This document shows positions 27,042 to 35,800 of a stretch of 64,000 bases of DNA, piece by piece. The notes beneath the pieces are model-generated. The model was not told the DNA's origin. It saw nothing but the letters and a program-made list of their open reading frames with translations, and did no database searches. The position numbers were made by a program, and so were the translations under genes. Position 1 is the first letter of the stretch; the number at the start of each line of letters is the position of its first letter. Source of the stretch: an uncultured Verrucomicrobiota bacterium (GTDB lineage Bacteria; Verrucomicrobiota; Kiritimatiellia; CAIQIC01; Lenti-01); the NCBI GenBank assembly GCA_964647595.1, contig CAZYGH010000005.1, forward strand, positions 34,961 through 98,960. The letters are read 5' to 3'.

Positions 27042-27529
27042 GACTCCGGACTCCATAATTCAAATCGGCTACCCACGCCGGCCAATACCATCTGATTGAT
27101 GATTCCGGCTTGTTCCAGCAAAGCATCTTTCACACGGATTCGGCCCTGCGAATCCAAGACCACGCGATCCGCGCGCGAAAAAAAGTCCCGTGAAAATTTC
27201 ATCGCCTGTGCATTGGCAATCGAAACCGAACGGAATTTTTCCAGACGCTGCGCCATTTCGCGGGCCGTCACCACATAGAGACAACGGACGCCAACACCCG
27301 GCAAGACGTACAGCGTGGGATTCCCCGCCGCCTCTCGCCAGTCCGATGGAATCGTCACCCGCTTCTTCCCATCCAGCGAATGGGTATAGCAGCCGACGAA
27401 TGCTCCCGCATTCAGCAGCTCATCTATTTCGGTTGTGACACGTTGCTCCACTTGGCTTACCTTGTGATGCACTTTATCCCACTTCGCCCCACCAACCGTC
27501 AACAGAAAATCGGCCCGATGGTATAACAT
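26972..27529 (-). CDS. mraZ: Transcriptional regulator MraZ
   Basis: Two MraZ repeats with the DxxxR-type motifs (SLDGKKRVTIPSDWR ... LDSQGRIRVKDALLEQAGI). The true start is probably an internal non-ATG codon; the upstream roughly 40 codons are doubtful. Confidence 0.7.
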   Translation of the reverse strand: MLYHRADFLLTVGGAKWDKVHHKVSQVEQRVTTEIDELLNAGAFVGCYTHSLDGKKRVTIPSDWREAAGNPTLYVLPGVGVRCLYVVTAREMAQRLEKFRSVSIANAQAMKFSRDFFSRADRVVLDSQGRIRVKDALLEQAGIINQMVLAGVGSRFELWSPESWNEQNSQLDQSKFAEAAQYIGF

Positions 27530-27680
27530 TTTTAATTAATTGATGCGCAACAGGTTGCAACTTCAATTCTTCCGCCGCCCCCGCCACTCATGCACAACTT
27601 ATCCACAGGCCTTTTCGATCCCCCCGTTTTGGCTCATATTTTTGCCCAAAATGAGGCTTTCTTGTGGTAGTGTCTCCCCC

Positions 27681-28022
27681 ATGCATGAACTGAGCCTCAT
27701 GACGAATCTGTTGAGCGATGCCACCGCTGCGGCCCATGGCGCATCCATTTGCGCCATGACCGTGCGCGTGGGCCCCCTATCGGGAATCGTCGTCGACTCC
27801 CTGCGCTTTGCCTTCGAAGCCCTTGCACCCGGCACTCTGGCGGACGGCGCACGGCTCGATATCCAAGAATCCGACATTTCGTTCCATTGCCCCCGGTGCC
27901 ATGCGAAATACTCAACCCCTCTCGGCTCCTATCAATGTCCCACCTGCCTTTCCACCGAGGGTGAACTGTGCGGCGGGAACGAACTAGAACTCATCTCCAT
28001 CGAGGTATCCGACCATGTGTGA
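27681..28022 (+). CDS. hypA: Hydrogenase/urease nickel incorporation protein HypA
   Basis: Begins MHELSL and has two CxxC pairs (CPRC...CPTC), as HypA family proteins do. Confidence 0.8.
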   Translation: MHELSLMTNLLSDATAAAHGASICAMTVRVGPLSGIVVDSLRFAFEALAPGTLADGARLDIQESDISFHCPRCHAKYSTPLGSYQCPTCLSTEGELCGGNELELISIEVSDHV

Positions 28023-28761
28023 CTCCTGCGGCTGCGGCCATCCCCACGATCATTCCCACGAAGACAGTCTCTCTCATCCCCGCCCTCATACACATCCGCA
28101 CACCCGCGAACACAGCCATCCCCCGCCCACCCGAACCATCGAAGTTCAGCTCCCCGCCCTCGCGCTGAATCAGCGACATGCCGACCAGAATCGCGGCTGG
28201 TTTCGCGCCAAAGGCCTAACCGTTTTCAATCTGCTCTCCTCCCCCGGCTCTGGAAAGACGGCCCTGCTTGAGCGCACCTTGCGCCTCCTTCCAACCGCTG
28301 CCGCCATCGTGGGAGACCTTCAAACCGATAACGACGCCATCCGCTTACGCGCCTCCGGTGCCCAAGCCATCCAAATCACTACCGGCGCCACCTGCCATCT
28401 CGATGCGCATATGGTCGCCCATGCTCTGGAAAAGCTCGACACAACAAATGTTCGAATCCTCTTCATCGAAAATGTCGGCAATCTCGTCTGCCCCGCCTCG
28501 TACGACCTCGGAGAATCCAAACGGGTCGTTCTGTTGTCCGTCACCGAAGGCGAAGACAAGCCCCTGAAGTATCCCGTCATTTTTCACAACGCTCATCTGG
28601 TGCTGATCACCAAGATCGATCTAGCCGATGCCGTGGGTTTTGATCGCGAAAAAGCGTTGGCCCACATTCGCCAAACCGCTCCCAAGGCCCACATCCTCGA
28701 AGTATCCGCCAAAACGGGCGCGGGCCTCGACGCTTGGCTGGCGTGGCTTCAACCCCAATAG
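28015..28761 (+). CDS. hypB: Nickel-incorporation GTPase HypB (His-rich N-terminus)
   Basis: CxxCGC at the N-terminus, His-rich linker, P-loop GSPGSGKT, and the [10 protein letters not shown] motif. Confidence 0.85.
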   Translation: MCDSCGCGHPHDHSHEDSLSHPRPHTHPHTREHSHPPPTRTIEVQLPALALNQRHADQNRGWFRAKGLTVFNLLSSPGSGKTALLERTLRLLPTAAAIVGDLQTDNDAIRLRASGAQAIQITTGATCHLDAHMVAHALEKLDTTNVRILFIENVGNLVCPASYDLGESKRVVLLSVTEGEDKPLKYPVIFHNAHLVLITKIDLADAVGFDREKALAHIRQTAPKAHILEVSAKTGAGLDAWLAWLQPQ

Positions 28762-28823
28762 GGGAAATAGGGGTCAGAATAGGGGTCAGTCCTTGCATTG
28801 AATAGGGGTCAGTCCTTGCATTG
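28756..28823. repeat. Tandem direct repeats of the 23-bp unit AATAGGGGTCAGTCCTTGCATTG (2 full + 2 partial copies)
   Basis: Read directly: aatagggg / aaataggggtcag / aataggggtcagtccttgcattg x2, starting at the hypB stop codon. Confidence 0.8.
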
Positions 28824-28836
28824 TAGCATAAATGTG

Positions 28837-28908
28837 TTTTCCACAGTGTGGAAACATTCTTTCCATTGTGTGGAAAAATCGGGAAAAAGTTTTCCATTGT
28901 TTGGAAAC
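28837..28908. repeat. Composite palindromic triad element (copy 1): TTTTCCACAGTGTGGAAA, TTTCCATTGTGTGGAAAAA, TTTTCCATTGTTTGGAAAC
   Basis: Three roughly 19-bp inverted-repeat sites (9-bp arms around a central G/C) with centre spacings of about 23 and 30 bp. The same architecture recurs at 35724-35796 and, inverted, at 54324-54397. Confidence 0.85.
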
Positions 28909-28913
28909 GCTGG

Positions 28914-29669
28914 CTATCGTTTGGAGCCGCTGGCTTTGGGAACCATGCGCACAATCACCGGCGAACCCCAGAGTCGCGTGAGACCCAACGCGCGACAGAC
29001 CGCCTCAAGCCCGGCGGAAATCGCCCGATTCTTGAGCATACGATGCAAGACCATCGGCAGAAAGAACTGCTTCTTTGTTTCGGCAGGAACAAATCCGTTC
29101 TTCGCGAATTCTTCTAGCACCTGCTGATGGCGAAACAAGGCCCAAGGGCGCGTGTTTTTCTCAAACTTCTTCTTAGCACCAAACAGCGCCGGGGCAATAG
29201 CATTCAAGCTCTGTTCCGTGGGATAATCCACAATCACGCCTTGGCGCGCCACTCGGCACAGTTCGCGCACGAGCTCCGGCCAGCGTTCGCAATGGGTCAG
29301 CAGTCGAAAACAAATCACCAGATCAAACACATTGTCGGGCAGAGGCAACTCGATCAGGTTGCCAACCGTAAAGCAACACTTCCCGGAATCGATCGCCGAC
29401 TGAATGCGGTGCCGGCACGATTCGTCGCTACCCAGCACCGTCACACGCCACCCTTCGCGACACAGAGGCACCGTCAACTGCCCGTGCCCACCGCCCACAT
29501 CCAGCACCGATGCGTCCGGAAATTTCCGAACCATGCGCATAGTGATGTTCTCCTGAACGTCCAGCATCCACTGGCCTGCCGGCCCCGAAAAGCGCGTGGC
29601 ATATTCGTCCGACGAGGTATGGATGTCGGCGGTCTCCGGAAACGGACAATCAGGATCGGTTGCACTCAT
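28914..29669 (-). CDS. Class I SAM-dependent methyltransferase
   Basis: Carries the SAM-binding motif VLDVGGGHGQLTVPL. Start set at the internal ATG (MSATDPD); the upstream G-rich ORF extension is antisense-like. Confidence 0.7.
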   Translation of the reverse strand: MSATDPDCPFPETADIHTSSDEYATRFSGPAGQWMLDVQENITMRMVRKFPDASVLDVGGGHGQLTVPLCREGWRVTVLGSDESCRHRIQSAIDSGKCCFTVGNLIELPLPDNVFDLVICFRLLTHCERWPELVRELCRVARQGVIVDYPTEQSLNAIAPALFGAKKKFEKNTRPWALFRHQQVLEEFAKNGFVPAETKKQFFLPMVLHRMLKNRAISAGLEAVCRALGLTRLWGSPVIVRMVPKASGSKR

Positions 29670-30904
29670 ACGGGTCTTGTATCTTTTTTTTGTCGGGCGC
29701 GCAACCCCACCGCAAACAAGATGGCGAGCACAAAAAATCCCAACGAGTTCAGTCCGAAGACGGCCCTCAAATTCACGGCCGCCACCAGGCCGGCCAGCAA
29801 AGGCCCCACGGCCCACCCGATCGATCGCGTGGTGCTGGCCAGTCCAAACGCCACCCCCTGACGTTCTTCGGGCACCCGCTTGGCCAGCCACACATTCAGC
29901 GCCGGCTCCAGCGCCCCCGCAAACAGCACCATGACAAACCGAACCGGAAACAGCACCGCAAAGGAATGAATGACCGTGAGCCACCCGCTCAACACCGCCG
30001 CCATCAAGGCCGCCACGATCAGCAGGCGCATGGGATTGAAATGATCCGACAGCCAACCCGTCGCCAAACCCGCCAGCAATCCCGCCAATCCGCTACACGC
30101 ATACAACGCACCGCTCCACAGCGAAACGCCATCGAGCGATCCATAGATTTCCTGCACCAACAGCGGCATGAAGGACATGTCGAACTGGCGCACCAAGGCA
30201 ATCGCACCAATCATCGCCAGTACGCCATAAAACGTCTTCGACAAATCCCGCCAATGCACTCGCGCCCGCGTGGCCGCATCTTCTGAAACGGCTTGACCCG
30301 ACGATGGCATTCGCGTTTCGCGCGTGAACCACAGCACCACCACACCCGCCAACAACAGCAACACGCCCGAAGAATAAAAGGCCGCGCGATAGCCCAACCA
30401 ATGCGCCACAAATCCACCCAAAAATCCACCCGTTAAGCCACCGGAATACACGGAGGCGCTCAAGCCCCCCATCGCCAACCCTCTGCGCTCGTGGGGCATT
30501 TCGCCCGCCAAAAACGCCTGCGCCGCCGTCATCGTACCCGTCAAGGCCCCCTGCAACATGCGCAACACGATCAACATCAGCGGCGTCTGCACGGCCCCCA
30601 TCAGCGACATCACCACCGCGCCCGCCAAGTTGGCGCGAACCAGCATCATCCGCTTACCAAATCGATCCGCCAACAGTCCCCAAAACGGTGCGGTAATCCC
30701 CATCGTCACAGCAGTCGACGAGGAAAAGAGCGCCACCCACATCTGGAGTTCGCCGTGTCGCACCACGCCCAAATCCGTCTGCAAAAAATAGGGAGCAAAG
30801 GGCAACGCAAAAGAAAATCCCATGATCGATAGGAATTGCGACACCCACACCCACACCATCTGTTTTTTCCACGACTTGGACATACCGTTCGCATTGTGCC
30901 GCAT
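29666..30904 (-). CDS. MFS transporter
   Basis: About 12 TM helices with MFS-like loops. ATGA-type overlap with the downstream methyltransferase gene. Confidence 0.75.
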   Translation of the reverse strand: MRHNANGMSKSWKKQMVWVWVSQFLSIMGFSFALPFAPYFLQTDLGVVRHGELQMWVALFSSSTAVTMGITAPFWGLLADRFGKRMMLVRANLAGAVVMSLMGAVQTPLMLIVLRMLQGALTGTMTAAQAFLAGEMPHERRGLAMGGLSASVYSGGLTGGFLGGFVAHWLGYRAAFYSSGVLLLLAGVVVLWFTRETRMPSSGQAVSEDAATRARVHWRDLSKTFYGVLAMIGAIALVRQFDMSFMPLLVQEIYGSLDGVSLWSGALYACSGLAGLLAGLATGWLSDHFNPMRLLIVAALMAAVLSGWLTVIHSFAVLFPVRFVMVLFAGALEPALNVWLAKRVPEERQGVAFGLASTTRSIGWAVGPLLAGLVAAVNLRAVFGLNSLGFFVLAILFAVGLRARQKKDTRPV

Positions 30905-30980
30905 TTCTCGACCCTTGGCATCGAAAATAATGAAATCACTCCATGCTTGCGCTTTCAGGCCGTTCTTTCTACGGTTCGAA

Positions 30981-32063
30981 CATATGGCACGCGTCGAACA
31001 TAGCAAAGAAAGCCGCTCTTCCCAGCTACGAGAAGCGTCCACTCACAATGACATTCCCGCGCGCAGTCACTACCGCCCGCCCAAACGCGTCATCACCGCT
31101 CCCCAGCCCAGCATCAAACGCCACGCCATCCGCCTGCTCATCGCCACTGCGATTGCGGTCCTGCTCATGCTGTCCCTGCTGATGCTCGCCGTTCAGTATG
31201 AAAAGCGGGATTGGAATCAAAAAATTCAACGCACCTGGGCCGCCAGTGTTGCCAAACCTTCCCCCGTGGTGGAAGAGCCCCAACCCGAGGTCATCGAAAC
31301 GCCCAAAGGGTGGACCTTCGAACTCCCTCCGACGGCCACACCTCGCCTCATCAGGCGACTGAACGCCGATCGTTTCGTTTCCAACTGGTGGCTCATTCTT
31401 GCCCGTAGCATAGCCGATCAACCCTATCCCGAAATCCAAGTGACCTGCCTCAGAATGGCCATGGCCATTAGCGGCGAAAACGCTGAAATTAAAAATGATC
31501 TGGGAGCCTTCTATCTCCAGCAACGTCGCATATGGGAAGCCTCCTCCCAGTTTTGGGGCGCCAATCAACTTCAGCCCGGCTTCGCCCCCTCTCGTTTCAA
31601 TCTGGCCCTGACCGCCATCGCAGACCGGAATCCCAATCAAGCCATTCAGTGGCTCGGCAACTATCTCGGCCAGCGCCCCACCGACACCACCGCCATCCGC
31701 CTGCAGGCCACCCTCCTCACGCAGCTTTCCCGCCCCGCGGATGCTCTGAACATGCTCGAAAAATTCCTGAAAAATCAGCCCTCCGATAATCCCCTTTTCC
31801 TAGAAGCCGCCGTTCTCGCCGCGCGACTCGACCAAAAAAGAAATGCCCTCCGCTATCTCGAAATATCCATGAATGGCAATCCTCTCCCCAATGTCATTCG
31901 CACCTATCAATCCGTTGCTTTCCGCGAAATTCGCCTCTCCGGCGAGGGCGAAGCCTTGGCCAAACACCTCGCCAACAAAGCCCGCGTCGCCTATAGCGCA
32001 CCCGTCCCCACAGAAGACATCACGCCCTTGCGCGCCACCACCACTGAGGCCAAAATCCGCTGA
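30981..32063 (+). CDS. Hypothetical membrane-anchored TPR-like protein
   Basis: One TM (LLIATAIAVLLMLSLLMLAV) followed by helical repeat-like segments. No catalytic motifs. Confidence 0.45.
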   Translation, partial: HMARVEHSKESRSSQLREASTHNDIPARSHYRPPKRVITAPQPSIKRHAIRLLIATAIAVLLMLSLLMLAVQYEKRDWNQKIQRTWAASVAKPSPVVEEPQPEVIETPKGWTFELPPTATPRLIRRLNADRFVSNWWLILARSIADQPYPEIQVTCLRMAMAISGENAEIKNDLGAFYLQQRRIWEASSQFWGANQLQPGFAPSRFNLALTAIADRNPNQAIQWLGNYLGQRPTDTTAIRLQATLLTQLSRPADALNMLEKFLKNQPSDNPLFLEAAVLAARLDQKRNALRYLEISMNGNPLPNVIRTYQSVAFREIRLSGEGEALAKHLANKARVAYSAPVPTEDITPLRATTTEAKIR

Positions 32064-32080
32064 CTTCTCTTGAGGAAGCC

Positions 32081-32207
32081 TCTTGAAACGCTCCGGCCAA
32101 AACGGTCGGGACGGAGCCCCACCCTCCAAAAATCAGCCAAAACAACCTATATTTCACCATTGGAGGGACGACCTCCGTGTCGTCCGTGTTCGTTTTGCAA
32201 GAGCCTC
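32081..32207 (+). repeat. Roughly 125-bp long-hairpin repeat element (copy A), MITE/REP-like
   Basis: Near-identical to 54848-54968. Internally an imperfect palindrome: cttg(c)caaaacgg...ccctccaa [loop] ttggaggg...cgttttgcaag. Lies between the convergent TPR and comEC genes. Confidence 0.8.
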
Positions 32208-34737
32208 ACGGACTCGCCCACAGCCGAATTCCCGTGTCCGGCCAACGGGCCGGGGCTCCCGCCAGCTCGATCTGAATCGTCCCCTGTCGATCGGTTCGCC
32301 ACACCCTCGCCCCTCGCAAAGCCACTCGCTCTACCGTCGTCTCATCGGGATGCCGCCCCTCCGTATCGGGCCCCGCGCTAAAAATCACCTCGCGCGGCCA
32401 CACCGCCTCCAACCAGCTCAAGGAGGTGGCCTCCGCCGCCCCATGCTTTCCCGCCACCAAGACCGATGCCGCCAACGAGCGCCCCCTGCCCTGCATCGCC
32501 TTTTCCTGTTCCTCGCCCGCATCGCCCGCCAGGACAATCGATCCCCCGAAGCGCGCCACTCGCAACACCAGCGAAGCATCATCCGCACGCGCCATCTTCA
32601 TCGACTTCGGCGGCCACAGCACCTCCCACACCATATGCCCCGGCCAATCCCCGCCATCCCCTTCCTGCAAGCGATGAATTGGAATCGCCTCCTCCTCCGC
32701 CCGTTCCACAATTTTCTTCATCAGCGGCGATGCCCACATCATCTCCGGAATCCACACCTCGCCCACATCCAGTTCATCCATCACACGCATCGCCCCGCCC
32801 ACATGCTGCGCATCCGCATGCGTCAAGACCAACGCATTCAACCCATTCACCCCTTCCGCTCGCAACAGCCGCAGCGTGTCTTCTGCGCGAAATTCGGAAC
32901 CCGCATCCACCAGCCCTTTCCACTGTTTCGCCTTCACCAGCACCGCATTTCCCTGCCCCACATCCAGCACCGACACCCGGCACCGATGCGCCTCATCAAC
33001 GCTCCACACCAACGTCAACAGCCCCAACAATCCCAATCCAACCGCCAACGCTCCGCGTATCCGCCGCGCCATCACCGTCGCAATCGATAAAATAAAAAAC
33101 CATACCAACACACCCGCCGCCGGTGGCGTGCGAACAAACCAATGCCCGCCCGGAACATCCGCCGCCGCTTGAATGCTAACCGTCAAAAAGGTGGCCACCA
33201 CGCGAGCCGCATGATTAAACACTTCCGAACAAAATCCGCTGAGCGGCGCACACAGCAAACTCATCACGCCCGCCAGCAAAATGGCAAAAGCGGACGGAAT
33301 CACCACCAAATTCATGACCAGCGCCACCGGCGAAAACAAATTGAAAAAGTAGGCCGTCAACGGAGCCGTGCTGACCCAGGCCGACACCGTCACCGATCCA
33401 TATCTCAACACCGACAGCGCCCACTCGCGCAACCGCTGGCCCACAGAATTTTCTGCCTCCGGCAACTGCCACGGGTCGTGGCGTGACATCCGTTTGAACC
33501 ACGCCTCCAGAATCGGCTGAACAGCCAGCAAACCCGCCACCGCCGTGAACGAAAGTATGAAACCCAAATCTCCCAGTTGAGTGGGCGATGCCACCAAAAT
33601 AACAATCGCCGCAACCGCCAGCGCGGAGATGGCATCCGGCCTGCGCCCCAGAAAAGGTGCCGCCAACAGCAACGACGCCATCACGCACGCGCGAATCGCG
33701 CTGGTCGCCGCCCCCGTCGTCACCGTGTACATCACCAGAAGCGGAGCCAGAATCAAAAACCACCGCGTCATCGGAACGCCAAAAGCCCGCAAAAGCCCCG
33801 CAAACAGCAACGTCATCATCCCGACATGCGCCCCGGAAATGGCAAAAATATGAACCGTGCCCGTCGATGCGAAATCCTTCCGCAACGACGCAGGCAAATC
33901 CTCGCGATACCCCAGCAACAGCGCCTGCAAAAGCCCCCGCTCTTCCGGAAAATCATCCAGCCCCCGCGCCAACACATCGCGACACATCCGCCGCCGCTCC
34001 ATGCACCACGCCACAAACGGATTCCCTCGGTTAGCATCCAGAAACGTAGCCCGGTCATAATCAATCACGGTCTGATTTTCCGGAAGGGTAAAAAGCCCGG
34101 CACGTCGCAACACCAACGGCCGAACCATCCCAAGCAATTGCCATCGCTCCCCATACTGCGGCAACCGGCATCCCTCCTTCCCCCCGCGCAACACCACACG
34201 AATCGAATCCTCCACCCGCCGCCACTGTCCATCTCGGTTCAACCCCTCCACACGCGCATGAAACACCGCCCCATCCGCCAACCCCGCCTTAGCCGGTCGC
34301 GGCACCGCATCCTCTGTCGCCACCACCACCAATTTCACATACTCCATCGGCCGCCCCATCAACGCCGCCAGCGACGCGTGGGAAGACCCCTCCACCGACT
34401 GCCTCGCATGCGCCGCCATCAACAGTAACGCCACACCCATCAGCGGAACCACCGATCCTTTACGTTGCACCCACACAAATAGTGGCAACAGCAACACAAA
34501 TCCCGCTCCCAAATACCACACCGAAGAAATCGGCACACAAAGCCCGATCGCCGTTCCCCCAATGATCGGAAACGCCAACCCCAGCATCGCCCGCCGACGC
34601 GGCGGACGAACCCGCCCCCTCGCCGACCGCATCTCCTCTTCCGGCCACCATTCCACAAACCGATCTCCATCGTGTTGCTCAAACCCTGCCCTCTTGTACC
34701 CTCCACCACCCCGCGCCGCAAGGCTCATCGCCACCAA
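32206..34737 (-). CDS. comEC: DNA internalisation-related competence protein ComEC/Rec2 (with C-terminal metallo-beta-lactamase domain)
   Basis: Three-part ComEC architecture: N-terminal DUF4131-like region, multi-TM Competence domain, and a C-terminal MBL domain (LVLTHADAQHVGG). Confidence 0.85.
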   Translation of the reverse strand: MVAMSLAARGGGGYKRAGFEQHDGDRFVEWWPEEEMRSARGRVRPPRRRAMLGLAFPIIGGTAIGLCVPISSVWYLGAGFVLLLPLFVWVQRKGSVVPLMGVALLLMAAHARQSVEGSSHASLAALMGRPMEYVKLVVVATEDAVPRPAKAGLADGAVFHARVEGLNRDGQWRRVEDSIRVVLRGGKEGCRLPQYGERWQLLGMVRPLVLRRAGLFTLPENQTVIDYDRATFLDANRGNPFVAWCMERRRMCRDVLARGLDDFPEERGLLQALLLGYREDLPASLRKDFASTGTVHIFAISGAHVGMMTLLFAGLLRAFGVPMTRWFLILAPLLVMYTVTTGAATSAIRACVMASLLLAAPFLGRRPDAISALAVAAIVILVASPTQLGDLGFILSFTAVAGLLAVQPILEAWFKRMSRHDPWQLPEAENSVGQRLREWALSVLRYGSVTVSAWVSTAPLTAYFFNLFSPVALVMNLVVIPSAFAILLAGVMSLLCAPLSGFCSEVFNHAARVVATFLTVSIQAAADVPGGHWFVRTPPAAGVLVWFFILSIATVMARRIRGALAVGLGLLGLLTLVWSVDEAHRCRVSVLDVGQGNAVLVKAKQWKGLVDAGSEFRAEDTLRLLRAEGVNGLNALVLTHADAQHVGGAMRVMDELDVGEVWIPEMMWASPLMKKIVERAEEEAIPIHRLQEGDGGDWPGHMVWEVLWPPKSMKMARADDASLVLRVARFGGSIVLAGDAGEEQEKAMQGRGRSLAASVLVAGKHGAAEATSLSWLEAVWPREVIFSAGPDTEGRHPDETTVERVALRGARVWRTDRQGTIQIELAGAPARWPDTGIRLWASP

Positions 34738-34784
34738 TCAAATATTTCTCCCCATTTCGCCCCACAAGCCCCATACTCTTCCCC

Positions 34785-35690
34785 ATGCAGGACCCTGCCG
34801 AAATCCTGACTCAACGCGGTCCCCTCACCGGCGCAGAACTCCTAGCCGCCGGAAACTTCCCCAACGTACTCGACCTCTGGCGCGCCTGCCACATCCCCCA
34901 ACTCCTCCGCCGCCGCACCGGCCGCCGCTATATGCGCCTCGACACCGCCGTGGACCACTACGCCCGCCTTTCCCCCTCCATCCGCCGCGAATTTCTCACC
35001 TACACCTTGATCGGCCTGACGAGCCAACAATCCGCCCTCGAACAACGCGCCGCCGAATTGGAACGCAACACCGCCCGCATCTCGCGCGAAAAACTCGACC
35101 TCGCCCGCGAAAGCATCTGCATGGCCCTCGCCTCTCTCCCCGATGAATCCCTCATCCTCCAACACACCACCTTCCTCATCGCCGGCGACATCACCTACCA
35201 AATGGCCCACCGCGTCCCCCGCCCCGAAAAAAGTTCCAGCCGCATGGTCCGCGGCTCCGACCTCGACATCATCATCGTCACCACCGACACCCTTCCCGAA
35301 GCCGCACGCCAATCCCTCGACGACGCCATCTACCGCCAAAAGCACTATCTCCTCACCCACCCCGACCTTCAGGAAGAAATCGACTACATCCTCAAGCCCC
35401 TCGCCAAAGTCCGCCAGCAACTCGCCTTCGACCGCTTCGAACACCTCGTCGCCTGCAAAATTCTCTGCGAATCCCAGCTCCTCTACGGCTCCCCCTTTCT
35501 CTTCGACGAGCTCATGAAACTCGTCGACGCCTCCGGTGTGCGCGCCAAGCTGGACGCCATGCACGCCTCCGCCGAAGCCTTCCGCCAGCAAGCCGAACTC
35601 ACCCTACTCGACCCCGTCGCCACCGCCGCCTGCCCCACCAACCCCCTCAACCTCTTCTACACCCGCGAAGAAGGCGACGAAATCTACTAG
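34785..35690 (+). CDS. Hypothetical protein (possible degenerate nucleotidyltransferase-like motif GSDLDIIIV)
   Basis: 301-aa ORF with ordinary amino-acid composition; the antisense ORF is G-rich. No confident family assignment. Confidence 0.4.
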   Translation: MQDPAEILTQRGPLTGAELLAAGNFPNVLDLWRACHIPQLLRRRTGRRYMRLDTAVDHYARLSPSIRREFLTYTLIGLTSQQSALEQRAAELERNTARISREKLDLARESICMALASLPDESLILQHTTFLIAGDITYQMAHRVPRPEKSSSRMVRGSDLDIIIVTTDTLPEAARQSLDDAIYRQKHYLLTHPDLQEEIDYILKPLAKVRQQLAFDRFEHLVACKILCESQLLYGSPFLFDELMKLVDASGVRAKLDAMHASAEAFRQQAELTLLDPVATAACPTNPLNLFYTREEGDEIY

Positions 35691-35723
35691 CCCGCCCCCT
35701 CGCGTTTTGTTGCGCCAAAAAAG

Positions 35724-35796
35724 TTTTCCACAGTGTGGAAAAATTTTTTCCATTGTGTGGAAAAACTGCGAAACATTTTTCCATTGTATGGAAAAC
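35724..35796. repeat. Composite palindromic triad element (copy 2)
   Basis: TTTTCCACAGTGTGGAAAA, TTTTTCCATTGTGTGGAAAAA, TTTTTCCATTGTATGGAAAAC, in the same order and spacing as copy 1. Lies between the convergent hypothetical and tolC-like genes. Confidence 0.85.
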
Positions 35797-35800
35797 TTTT

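Noticed and set aside
28837-28908. Possibility that the repeated palindromic sites are a CRISPR array
   Set aside because: Units are palindromic, differ from one another, have only three copies per locus with 4-12 bp spacers, and no cas genes are nearby. This is not CRISPR architecture.
28798-29127. Small ORFs (28798..29127 +, 28848..29117 +, 35735..36250 +, 35647..35961 -, 54198..54515 -) sharing the peptide FSTVWKHSFHCVEKS / MEKFFPLCGK
   Set aside because: They are translations of the palindromic triad repeat in different frames or strands, not a protein family. No start context or conservation outside the repeat.
32083-34428. Several long plus-strand ORFs (32083..33090, 32466..33095, 33577..34428) inside comEC
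   Set aside because: Pro/Arg/His-rich shadow ORFs on the opposite strand of a well-supported ComEC gene. No domains.
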